A DNA stretch of 64,000 nt from Levilinea sp. (lineage in GTDB: Bacteria; Chloroflexota; Anaerolineae; Anaerolineales; Anaerolineaceae): assembly GCA_034429695.1 (NCBI GenBank), contig DAOUGC010000056.1, positions 32,359-96,358 on the forward strand, written 5' to 3'. Shown here piece after piece: positions 28,125-36,422 of the stretch. The notes beneath the pieces are model-generated. The model was given only the letters and a program-made list of their open reading frames with translations. It made no database searches and had not been told where the DNA came from. Position 1 is the stretch's first letter. Each line of letters opens with the position of its first letter. Position numbers and translations under genes: made by a program.

Positions 28125-28793
28125 ATGGTTCTTGCAGCGAGCATCACCGCCCTCATCCTTGCCTATCTGGTGGGTTCCATCCCATCCGGGTTGATTATCG
28201 TCAAGCTGATTAATGGAAAAGATCTTCGTCAGGTGGAAAGCGGTCGAACAGGCGGGACCAATGCCCTGCGCGCCGCGGGGTTGATCGCAGGCTTGCTCAC
28301 CGCCGGTATGGACGTGCTGAAGGGTGTGGCCTCTGGATGGATCGTGCAATTGCTGCAACCCGGTGACACCTGGCTGCAGGTGCTGGCCGCGGTGATGGCA
28401 ATCATCGGCCACAATTATTCGGTCTTCCTGCAGGAACGCGGTAACGACGGCAAGGTGCGTTTCCGCGGCGGGGCAGGCGGTGCAACCGCCCTGGGTGGAG
28501 CCATTGCCCTGTGGACGCAAAGCTGGGTCATCATCCTCCCCATCGGTGCGCTGGTTTTTCTGCTGATCGGATATGCCTCTGTGACCACCATCAGCGTGGC
28601 GGTGATCGCCACTGGCATCTTTATCTACCGGGCTGCGGTGGGGGCATCGCCGGCTGAATACATCGTTTACGGGGTGCTGGCGCTGATCATTGTGCTGTAT
28701 GCACTAAGACCCAACCTTGAACGCCTGGCGCAGGGCACCGAGCGCATGGTTGGGTTGCGCGCATATATTCGCAGCAAACAACGAAAAATATAA
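28125..28793 (+). CDS. plsY: glycerol-3-phosphate acyltransferase PlsY
   Basis: GSIPSGLIIVKL, SGRTGGTNALRA and IGHNYSVFL motifs. AGGAGGAA RBS. Confidence 0.9.
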   Translation: MVLAASITALILAYLVGSIPSGLIIVKLINGKDLRQVESGRTGGTNALRAAGLIAGLLTAGMDVLKGVASGWIVQLLQPGDTWLQVLAAVMAIIGHNYSVFLQERGNDGKVRFRGGAGGATALGGAIALWTQSWVIILPIGALVFLLIGYASVTTISVAVIATGIFIYRAAVGASPAEYIVYGVLALIIVLYALRPNLERLAQGTERMVGLRAYIRSKQRKI

Positions 28794-28794
28794 T

Positions 28795-29685
28795 TTAGAG
28801 GGGTTCTTCTTCGGGGGTGGGGGTTCCGGCTGTTTCGGGGCTCATCCCATTGGCCTCTTCAGCCAGTACGGTCTTGTAAAGCGCCCTGATATTACGCCGG
28901 TGAAGGTCTTCGGCAAGCCCGCCCAGGTAGACCCGGCTTTTCCCACAAGAATCCACATCGATCATGGCCAACGCATCGATGGGGTTCTTTCTTTTTGCCG
29001 CAGCGCGCACCGATTTACGAATGGAGGTCAGGTAATTGACATTTTCCCGCACCGCCGACTCGATCTCGCCGCGCAGGATGATATCCCCGTGGCCTTGCAC
29101 AATATTCTCCAGCCCCATCTTGCCCACCTGCTTGATGGTGTTGATGAGCTGATCAATATCGCCATCCACAATATAAGGGAGGGGTAAAAAGGCGTCGCCA
29201 GCAAACAGGATGCGATCCTCCTCCACCAGCACAGAAATGCCGTCCGGGCTGTGGCCGGGTGTATGGGAAATGATCAGGTTTTTCTTTCCAACCCGCAAGG
29301 AGATGGAACCGTCAGAAAAGGTCAGTTGCGGTGGAACCAGCTTGACCTGTTTAAACGCTGGGTCCTGCCGGCGGGCGGCTTCGAGCGCATGGGCGCCGCG
29401 TTCCACCATCACCTGGCGGCACAATTCATGAGCAATGATCGTTGCACCGGGGAAGAAGCAATTTCCCCAGGTGTGATCAGCATGATTATGGGTGTTGATG
29501 ATGTAGCGAACCGGAACGTTGAGTTCCTCTTCGATGAACGAGCGCATCGCCAGCGTCTCTTCGGGGATGGCCAGAGTATCAATCACCACCGCCCACTGCA
29601 AACCCGTGACCACACCGGCAGTGACCTGTGCATAAATATCACTCTGGAACCAGTAAACATTTTCTGATACGCGCTCGCGCTGCAT
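28795..29685 (-). CDS. MBL-fold metallo-hydrolase
   Basis: HNHADH (HxHxDH) motif, later GHSPDG and a His near HGD. Confidence 0.85.
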   Translation of the reverse strand: MQRERVSENVYWFQSDIYAQVTAGVVTGLQWAVVIDTLAIPEETLAMRSFIEEELNVPVRYIINTHNHADHTWGNCFFPGATIIAHELCRQVMVERGAHALEAARRQDPAFKQVKLVPPQLTFSDGSISLRVGKKNLIISHTPGHSPDGISVLVEEDRILFAGDAFLPLPYIVDGDIDQLINTIKQVGKMGLENIVQGHGDIILRGEIESAVRENVNYLTSIRKSVRAAAKRKNPIDALAMIDVDSCGKSRVYLGGLAEDLHRRNIRALYKTVLAEEANGMSPETAGTPTPEEEPL

Positions 29686-29777
29686 GATTGGTCATTCTCC
29701 CGTTTCTGTTGAATCGCAACCCGTAGAATAGCACAAATAATGCGAAAAGTCAAAAATTGAATATAAGTGTAAGGCAG

Positions 29778-29815
29778 CCAAAATCAAACACCCGCCTGGG
29801 GCGGGTGTCTTTTTG
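29778..29815. terminator. terminator hairpin after the amino-acid ABC operon
   Basis: Stem ACACCCGCC / GGCGGGTGT with loop TGG. The minus-strand tail is TTGATTTTGG and the plus-strand tail is CTTTTTG. Only the minus-strand operon ends here. Confidence 0.75.
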
Positions 29816-29829
29816 TGGAAAATTGAGGT

Positions 29830-30561
29830 TTATAACACTCTGGAGAGGAACAACTTGGTGCGTTCCTCCGTTGGGTTGGTAAACAGAACATCAGGGGGCG
29901 CCTCTTCGACGATGAGGCCGTTATCCATGAAAATCGCCCGGTTGGCCGCGGCGCGCGCAAATCCCATTTCGTGGCTAACCACCACCATGGTCATGCCCTC
30001 CTGCGCCAGCTTGAGCATCACGTCCAGCACTTCCTGGATCATCTCGGGGTCAAGTGCGCTGGTGGGTTCATCAAACAGCATGATCTTGGGGTTCATTGCC
30101 AGCGCCCTGGCAATGGCAACGCGTTGCTGTTGCCCACCTGACAACTGCCCAGGCAGCGCCTGGGCTTTCTCTGGGATGCCAACCTTGTTGAGCAGTTCCA
30201 TGGCAACATCCAGCGCCTCTGCCTTGCTGCGTTTGCGAATGATGCGCTGTGCCAGGGTGATGTTATCCAGCACGCTGAGGTGCGGGAAGAGATTGAACTG
30301 CTGGAATACCATGCCAACCTCGGTTCGCACGGCGTTAATGTTGGCAGCCGTATCAAGCGGAATGTTGTCAACCACAATGGAGCCGCTGTTGAACTCCTCC
30401 AGCCGGTTGATACAGCGCAACATGGTGGATTTTCCCGAGCCGGATGGCCCGATCACCACCACCACCTCACCCCGGTTGACATTCAGGCTGACACCCTTGA
30501 GCGCATGTACATGCCCGAAATATTTGTGAACATCTTTAATTTGAATGATGGGTTCTTCCAT
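29830..30561 (-). CDS. polar amino-acid ABC transporter ATP-binding protein (GlnQ-like)
   Basis: [35 protein letters not shown]. Confidence 0.95.
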   Translation of the reverse strand: MEEPIIQIKDVHKYFGHVHALKGVSLNVNRGEVVVVIGPSGSGKSTMLRCINRLEEFNSGSIVVDNIPLDTAANINAVRTEVGMVFQQFNLFPHLSVLDNITLAQRIIRKRSKAEALDVAMELLNKVGIPEKAQALPGQLSGGQQQRVAIARALAMNPKIMLFDEPTSALDPEMIQEVLDVMLKLAQEGMTMVVVSHEMGFARAAANRAIFMDNGLIVEEAPPDVLFTNPTEERTKLFLSRVL

Positions 30562-30575
30562 TGTTCACCTTCGGG

Positions 30576-31400
30576 TTACCGATCCAGCCGGGTTTTGTGC
30601 TCTATCCAGGTGACCACCCGGGCAGAGAAGAGGGTCATGACCAGATACAATAGCGCGATCATGCTCCAGGTTTCAACAGGGATGAAGTTTGCCGCCATGA
30701 ACTCGCGGCCACGGCGGGTCATGTCAGCCACGGCCACCACACTCACCAGTGATGAGTCCTTGAGCATGGAGATAAACTCATTGCCCACCGGAGGCAGGAT
30801 CACCCGCACGGCTTGCGGCAAAATAACATAGCGCATGGCCTGTACATAAGACATGCCCAGGCTGCGCGCAGCTTCCATCTGCCCTTTGGAGATGGACTGG
30901 ATGCCAGCGCGGTACACCTCAGACATGTAAGCTGCATAACAAAAGGTGATGCCCAGTACAGCCATGGCGATGGGGTTCGCCAGATAATTCTTGAGTGCCT
31001 CAATATTGAGGGCATTTCCCAGACCTTGAATGACAGATGGAAAAGCAAAATACCAAAACAACAATTGCACCAGCAACGGGATGCCGCGAACAACTTCAAC
31101 ATACACCGTGGAAATGCCGTTGATGATGCGATTGCGAGACATGCGGCCAAGTGCCGCAATCAGGCCGGTGACCAGCACCAAAAAGAACGAAACAAACGTC
31201 ACCACAATGGTGATCCAGATGCCGTCTGAGACAAACAAAACAATCCGCCGGAAAGGATCCGGCTGGGCGGTCATCAGGATCACAATCAAAGCAATCACCG
31301 CTGCCACAAGCAGCCACCACGGATCGTAGCGGCGGGCGGGGGCGGCAGGAGCGCCAGTAATGTGACCTTCGGGTCTGTCGGCGGTAGGAATTGATTTCAC
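30576..31400 (-). CDS. polar amino-acid ABC transporter permease (His/Glu/Gln/Arg family)
   Basis: EAARSLGMSYVQAMRYVILPQA (EAA loop). The ORF extends to 31454, but that part contains an intercistronic hairpin, so GTG 31400 is preferred. Confidence 0.9.
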   Translation of the reverse strand: MKSIPTADRPEGHITGAPAAPARRYDPWWLLVAAVIALIVILMTAQPDPFRRIVLFVSDGIWITIVVTFVSFFLVLVTGLIAALGRMSRNRIINGISTVYVEVVRGIPLLVQLLFWYFAFPSVIQGLGNALNIEALKNYLANPIAMAVLGITFCYAAYMSEVYRAGIQSISKGQMEAARSLGMSYVQAMRYVILPQAVRVILPPVGNEFISMLKDSSLVSVVAVADMTRRGREFMAANFIPVETWSMIALLYLVMTLFSARVVTWIEHKTRLDR

Positions 31401-31420
31401 GGCGTAATTATCCCTGATAG

Positions 31421-31450
31421 GACTGCGAGGAGGTTTCCCCCCTCGCAGTC
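31421..31450 (-). promoter_or_regulatory. intercistronic stem-loop between the binding-protein and permease genes
   Basis: Perfect 10-bp inverted repeat GACTGCGAGG / CCTCGCAGTC with a 10-nt loop and no U-tract. Confidence 0.6.
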
Positions 31451-31463
31451 TCATTGTCCTAGG

Positions 31464-32267
31464 TTATTTAGCGTTTTGCTTCAAAACCACCACAATCTGG
31501 CCAGCCTCAACATATGGCTCTGAAAAAGCCATTTGTTCAGCCCGCTCTGGTGTAATGGTAATGGCAGCAATGGCGACATCATACTGGCACTGGGCAAGGC
31601 CAGCCAGCATGGGGTCAAAGCCAATATTCACCCATTCGATGTTGATGCCAGCCTTGGCGGCGATGGCATTCATCATTTCCACATCGAAACCGGTCAGATC
31701 CTGGGTGGCCTCGTCAACCGTCTCGAAGGGCGGGAAAGTGGCGTCAGTGGCCACACGCACGGTGGGAGCGCCTTCAACCGGGGCAGGCACAGCGATCATC
31801 TCGCCTTCACCGGTTCCCTGCAACCACTTGGCTTCAAGTTTTGCCGTGGTGCCGTCATCCTTGACTGCCTGCAAGCCGGCGTTGATCTTGTCCAGCAGTT
31901 CAGGATTGGTCTTGCAGACCGCAATGCCGTATGACTCATCGGTGAAGACCTCGCCAACGGTGGTCAGCTTGTCAGGATTCTGCCCAATGAAGCCCAGCGC
32001 GGTGGGATAATCGGCAATGACCGCATCAATCTGACCGTTGGTCAGGTCGAGGAAAGCCAGGTCAATGGAGTCGTAAGTCTTCAGCTCAGTGCCTTCGATT
32101 TTTTCCGCCTCCATGGCGCCGGTGGTGCCCAGTTGAGCGCCCACTTTCCTGCCACTCAAGTCTTCTGGGCCGCCAATTTTGGTCACAGGAGCCGCGCTCT
32201 GGCAGGCAGCAAGCCCGAGGCTCATGATGACAAGTACAGCCAGTACGAGCAATGAAAATCGTTTCAC
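31464..32267 (-). CDS. amino-acid ABC transporter substrate-binding lipoprotein
   Basis: Signal peptide plus lipobox (LGLAAC). Family-3 SBP features. AGGAGGAAAG RBS before a GTG start. Confidence 0.9.
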   Translation of the reverse strand: MKRFSLLVLAVLVIMSLGLAACQSAAPVTKIGGPEDLSGRKVGAQLGTTGAMEAEKIEGTELKTYDSIDLAFLDLTNGQIDAVIADYPTALGFIGQNPDKLTTVGEVFTDESYGIAVCKTNPELLDKINAGLQAVKDDGTTAKLEAKWLQGTGEGEMIAVPAPVEGAPTVRVATDATFPPFETVDEATQDLTGFDVEMMNAIAAKAGINIEWVNIGFDPMLAGLAQCQYDVAIAAITITPERAEQMAFSEPYVEAGQIVVVLKQNAK

Positions 32268-32340
32268 TACTTTCCTCCTGATATGGGGTTCATGGATACT
32301 CTTTGGGATGCAATGGATCTCCCTGAAGACATCATTAAGT

Positions 32341-32370
32341 ATAGTACATTACTTTTTAACCGCTTGTCAA
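32341..32370 (-). promoter_or_regulatory. candidate promoter of the amino-acid ABC operon
   Basis: Minus strand: TTGACA (plus 32365-32370), 18-nt spacer, TACTAT (plus 32341-32346). Confidence 0.5.
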
Positions 32371-32434
32371 ACATCATGGGGACTCAATTTCCGGTTTCCT
32401 CATTTTCCTCCTGCAGCTCACACTCTACAGCATA

Positions 32435-32462
32435 TTGAGACCGGTGGGGCGTATGTTACAAT
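32435..32462 (+). promoter_or_regulatory. candidate promoter of the PRODH-led gene string
   Basis: TTGAGA (32435-32440), 16-nt spacer including TG (32454-32455), then TACAAT (32457-32462). Confidence 0.5.
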
Positions 32463-32499
32463 CACAGAAAACCAATAACGGGCGGGGGTCACGGGTTAA

Positions 32500-33459
32500 A
32501 TGTTTAAGGGTTTCTTCATTGCACTATCAAAAGCAGGCTGGGCACAACGCGCCATCACCAAATGGAAACCTGCATGGCGGGCGGCTTCCCGTTTCATTGC
32601 CGGCGAAAATGCTGACCAGGCAATCGAGGCAGTCAAGGCTCTGAATGCAGCCGGCCTGGATGCCTCGCTGGACCACCTTGGAGAAAACACCACCGATGCC
32701 GCAGCAGCCAGGGCGGCCACTGCTGAAATCCTTCGTTTGCTCGAGATCATCCACAACAGCGACGTACGCGCCAATGTATCCATCAAACTGAGCCAGATTG
32801 GCCAGACATTGGATGAGGATCTGTGCCGCACAAATCTCCGTCTGATCCTGGAAACAGCGGCGTGCCATTCCATTTTTATCCGCCTCGATATGGAAGACTC
32901 CTCCTTGACAGACTCCACGTTGGAAATGTACAGGTGGGCTTGCGCACAGGGTTTTTCCCTGCTGGGTGTGGTCATCCAGTCTTATCTTTATCGATCCACG
33001 CAGGATGTCGCTTCTTTACAGACAGGTTGCACACCGGTGCGCCTGTGCAAAGGTGCATATAAAGAACCGCCGTCGGTGGCGTTTCCGGACAAAGCCGATG
33101 TGGATGACCATTATGACCGCCTGGTAAAACAGCTTTTCGAGAGTGCCCACGCTTGCGCCCACCCGCTTGCCACACCGGATGGCCGTGTGCCCCCCCTGCC
33201 GGCAATAGCCACGCATGATCCCCGCCGCATTGTGTATGCCCGCCGGCTTGCCGATGAAATGAATCTTCCCCGTCAGGCGTTTGAGTTTCAAATGTTATAT
33301 GGCATTCGCCGTGATCTGCAACAGCAACTGGTGCAGGATGGTTACCGTGTGCGGGTATACGTGCCGTACGGTTCGCACTGGTATCCATATTTCATGCGCC
33401 GTCTGGCAGAACGCCCTGCCAATTTGTGGTTTTTTATGTCAAATTTCTTCAGGAGCTGA
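32500..33459 (+). CDS. monofunctional proline dehydrogenase (PutA PRODH-domain type)
   Basis: RFIAGE, SLDHLGE, IRLDMEDS, VVIQSYLYR, VRLCKGAY, FEFQMLYGIR and WYPYFMRRLAERPANL are collinear with Thermus-type PRODH. Confidence 0.9.
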   Translation: MFKGFFIALSKAGWAQRAITKWKPAWRAASRFIAGENADQAIEAVKALNAAGLDASLDHLGENTTDAAAARAATAEILRLLEIIHNSDVRANVSIKLSQIGQTLDEDLCRTNLRLILETAACHSIFIRLDMEDSSLTDSTLEMYRWACAQGFSLLGVVIQSYLYRSTQDVASLQTGCTPVRLCKGAYKEPPSVAFPDKADVDDHYDRLVKQLFESAHACAHPLATPDGRVPPLPAIATHDPRRIVYARRLADEMNLPRQAFEFQMLYGIRRDLQQQLVQDGYRVRVYVPYGSHWYPYFMRRLAERPANLWFFMSNFFRS

Positions 33460-33466
33460 CCACCTC

Positions 33467-34204
33467 ATGCAAAAACATGAACCCAACCACAATGGACTGG
33501 CCCTGGTGACAGGCGCAGGTCGCCGGTTGGGGCGCGAGATCGCACTCTGTCTTGCCAGAGCCGGATATGCCATTGGCCTGCATTATCATCACGCTGAGGC
33601 GGAAGCCCTTGAAACCGCACGCATGATTAATGAAATCGGCATGGAGGCACATTTGCTGCAAGCCGATCTCATTGATGAAGACCAGACGCGTACCATGTTC
33701 TCCCGGCTGGATGCCCTCCCCCACCCGCTGCGGGTGCTGGTCAATTCGGCTGCGGTCATGGCTGCCGGCGACCTGCGCAACATGTCATCCGTTGAGTGGG
33801 ATGCGGTGATGAATCTCAATCTGCGTGCACCGTGGTTGTGCAGCCAGCTTGCCGCACAGCGCATGCCCCCTGGTGGGGTGATCATCAATATCACCGATAG
33901 CGGCACAGGCAAGGCATGGGTTGCCTATCCGGCTTATATCATCAGCAAGGATGCGCTCCTGACCCTGACGCGGCTGCTGGCACGCGCGCTCGCACCCGAT
34001 ATTCGCGTCAACGCCGTTGCACCGGGGTTAATTCTGCCTGCAGATGATGTCCCTGATGAAAAATGGCAGCGCCTGGTTGAGCGGCTGCCGATCAAACGCC
34101 AGGGAGAACCGGCTGAGGTGGCTTCTGCCGTGTTATTCTTGATTGAACACCAATACATCACCGGAGAGTGCATTGCTGTGGATGGCGGCTATCGGCTGGT
34201 TTGA
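33467..34204 (+). CDS. SDR oxidoreductase, pteridine reductase (PTR1/FolM)-like
   Basis: AGGAG RBS; start 7 nt after the PRODH stop. LALVTGAGRRLGREIALCLARAGYAIGLHYHH closely recalls the TGxxxRLG signature and N-terminus of PTR1/FolM. Y-x3-K is present as YIISK. Confidence 0.65.
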   Translation: MQKHEPNHNGLALVTGAGRRLGREIALCLARAGYAIGLHYHHAEAEALETARMINEIGMEAHLLQADLIDEDQTRTMFSRLDALPHPLRVLVNSAAVMAAGDLRNMSSVEWDAVMNLNLRAPWLCSQLAAQRMPPGGVIINITDSGTGKAWVAYPAYIISKDALLTLTRLLARALAPDIRVNAVAPGLILPADDVPDEKWQRLVERLPIKRQGEPAEVASAVLFLIEHQYITGECIAVDGGYRLV

Positions 34205-34256
34205 GTAAAATTTATCCATATCTGCGCGCCAGTTAAACGTTTGCGAGGAATAACTC

Positions 34257-35153
34257 ATGAAGGAAACCAAAAAGAATGGCCTGCAAGTTCTGGTGAACGC
34301 CGCTCAACCCTGGGCGCTACTGGCAGGGGTGGGGGTGTACGCTCTTGGGGTCGGCATCGCTGATTTTCTGGGGCGGGATATTAGCTGGAATGTTTATTTT
34401 CTTGGTCAGGGCGTGGCCACCCTGCTGCAACTGGCGGCGTACTTTCTCAATGCCTACTTTGAGGAGCTGGAACAACCGGCAGGAAGTGATCGCCAGCGCC
34501 AACAGCAGCAAATATTACATGCCAGGGTGTTGCTGCAGGCGGCGTTGAGCATTCTGGCGGTGGGTGCAGTATTGACCGTGCTGCTTTTCTCCAGCGGTGC
34601 TTTCAACCCGACTGCGCTGGTTTTACTCGGCACCGCTTTTGTTCTGGCATTTTTCTACGCAGTTCCCCCGGTACGGCTGGCAAACCACGGCTACGGCGAA
34701 CTGGCTGAAGCGGTGTTAATCGGCACATTAATCCCCGCCCTGGGCTACGTCTTTCAGGTCGGCGAACTGCACCGTTTGCTTGCCATGCTGGCGTTTCCTT
34801 TGACCGCGCTGTACCTGGCAATGAAGCTTTACCTGTCTCTGGAACATTATTCACTGCGCAGCCGCGCCCCTGAAACCATGATGGAACGCCTGGGATGGCA
34901 GCCGGGCATGAACCTGGCAAATATTCTGGCGCTCAGTTCCTATCTCTTGATCGGCGTGGCCGCCCTGCTGGGTCTGCCATGGCCGCTCACCTGGCCTGCC
35001 CTGCTCAGCCTGCCGGTTGCCGGTTTTCTGGTATTTGTCATGGTTCAGGTGGCGTCTGGTGCGCCCCCACGCTGGCGCCTGATCCGAATTCTTGCAGTGG
35101 GCCTTTTCGCCATCACCGCATACGCTCTGGCTTTCGCGCTTTGGACAGGCTGA
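34257..35153 (+). CDS. UbiA/MenA-fold polytopic membrane protein with degenerate Asp-rich motifs
   Basis: About 8-9 TM helices. FYAVPPVRLANHGYGELAEAVLIG resembles the MenA central region. The expected NDxxDxxxD reads NAYFEELEQ, and the second DxxxD region reads LEHYSL. Confidence 0.5.
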   Translation: MKETKKNGLQVLVNAAQPWALLAGVGVYALGVGIADFLGRDISWNVYFLGQGVATLLQLAAYFLNAYFEELEQPAGSDRQRQQQQILHARVLLQAALSILAVGAVLTVLLFSSGAFNPTALVLLGTAFVLAFFYAVPPVRLANHGYGELAEAVLIGTLIPALGYVFQVGELHRLLAMLAFPLTALYLAMKLYLSLEHYSLRSRAPETMMERLGWQPGMNLANILALSSYLLIGVAALLGLPWPLTWPALLSLPVAGFLVFVMVQVASGAPPRWRLIRILAVGLFAITAYALAFALWTG

Positions 35154-35156
35154 TCC

Positions 35157-36398
35157 ATGCCCGAATTCCTGACCCTGCTGCCCCCACAACAGGCTTTATC
35201 CCGCTGGATCGAGCATCTACCCGCATCCAACCCGGCTGTGGAGTGGTTGCCGGTGACAAATTCGCTTGGCAGGGTGTGCGCCAGTGCTGTGCATGCCCAT
35301 CAACCGTTGCCTGCATTTGACCGTTCCACAGTGGATGGATATGCCGTGCTTGCATCCGACACCCACGGCGCCAGTGACAGCCTGCCCGGATATTTGAATC
35401 AGATTGGCGAAGTTCCGATGGGCGCTGCCCCGGGGTTTCGCCTGATAAGCGGGCAATGCGCGTTGATCCATACCGGCGGCATGTTGCCGGATGGCGCAGA
35501 CGCGGTGATGATGATCGAACACACCCAGTCTGTACGAGCAGGCGAGGTGGAAATCATGAAAGCCGTTGCCGCGGGTGAAAATGTGGTGCGGCGCGGTGAG
35601 GATGTGGAACAGGGCAGCCTGGTCCTGAGTGCCGGGAAACGCCTGCGTCCGGAAGAAATCGGCGGTTTGATGGCGCTGGGAACCCCCGAGGTTGGAGTGG
35701 CACGACAGCCGTTAATCGGCATCATTTCCACCGGCGACGAGGTCATCCCATCTGACCAAACCCCCGCTCCCGGACAGGTTCGCGACATCAACAGCCATTC
35801 ATTGGGCGCTTTGGTCAGCTCTTTGGGCGGCATTCCGCGTTTCTACGGCATTATTCCAGACAACGCACAGGCGCTGTCTGCAGCAGTCTCGGCCGGGCTG
35901 GAGGAGTGCGACGCACTGGTGATCACCGCCGGGTCTTCCGCCTCCACCCGCGACCTGACCGCCGACGTGGTCAACCGCGCCGGCTCTCCTGGCGTTCTGG
36001 TGCACGGCGTGAATGTGCGGCCAGGCAAACCCACCATTCTTGGAGTGTGCAGCGGAAAAGCCGTGCTTGGCCTGCCCGGAAATCCGGTCAGCGCGCTGGT
36101 CATCGCCCGCCTGTTTTTACCTGCGTTAATCAGCCACCTGCTGGGCGAGGAACACCGTCCGATTGCGTCCATAAAAGCAGTTCTGAATGTTAACCTGCCC
36201 TCCCAGGCGGGCCGTGAAGACTGGACCCCTGTGCGGCTGGTGAAAACTGCGCAAGGATGGCTGGTAGAACCAGTTTTTTATAAATCCAATTTGATCTTCT
36301 CATTGGCCGCCGCCGATGGTTTGGTACGCACACCGCCCGATGCCAACGGGTTGGGCGCGGGTGAAACCGTCGATGTCTGGTTGCTCCAGGGCGCATAA
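35157..36398 (+). CDS. moeA: molybdopterin molybdenumtransferase MoeA
   Basis: SPLPAFDRSTVDGYA-type N-terminus, MoCF_biosynth core (ISTGDEV, ITAGSSAS), PGNPVSA. Confidence 0.9.
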   Translation: MPEFLTLLPPQQALSRWIEHLPASNPAVEWLPVTNSLGRVCASAVHAHQPLPAFDRSTVDGYAVLASDTHGASDSLPGYLNQIGEVPMGAAPGFRLISGQCALIHTGGMLPDGADAVMMIEHTQSVRAGEVEIMKAVAAGENVVRRGEDVEQGSLVLSAGKRLRPEEIGGLMALGTPEVGVARQPLIGIISTGDEVIPSDQTPAPGQVRDINSHSLGALVSSLGGIPRFYGIIPDNAQALSAAVSAGLEECDALVITAGSSASTRDLTADVVNRAGSPGVLVHGVNVRPGKPTILGVCSGKAVLGLPGNPVSALVIARLFLPALISHLLGEEHRPIASIKAVLNVNLPSQAGREDWTPVRLVKTAQGWLVEPVFYKSNLIFSLAAADGLVRTPPDANGLGAGETVDVWLLQGA

Positions 36399-36422
36399 TC
36401 AACCCCTTTCGAGGTAACTCTC

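Noticed and set aside
29788-29815. Hairpin + CTTTTTG as a plus-strand terminator
   Set aside because: No plus-strand gene ends upstream of it, since the MBL gene is on the minus strand. It is better explained as the minus-strand terminator of the amino-acid ABC operon, with incidental bidirectional appearance.
33281-33466. 62-codon extension of the SDR ORF overlapping PRODH; similar extensions occur at murG (49758-49919), ddl (53702-53908), ftsA (56081-56122), ftsI (43111-43164) and the isochorismatase gene (62156-62332)
   Set aside because: In each case an internal start with an RBS coincides with the conserved N-terminus. The extensions overlap the preceding genes in another frame.
34205-34256. 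Possible Moco riboswitch ahead of the UbiA-like/MoeA genes
   Set aside because: The 52-nt gap is far too short and lacks the conserved Moco-motif helices.
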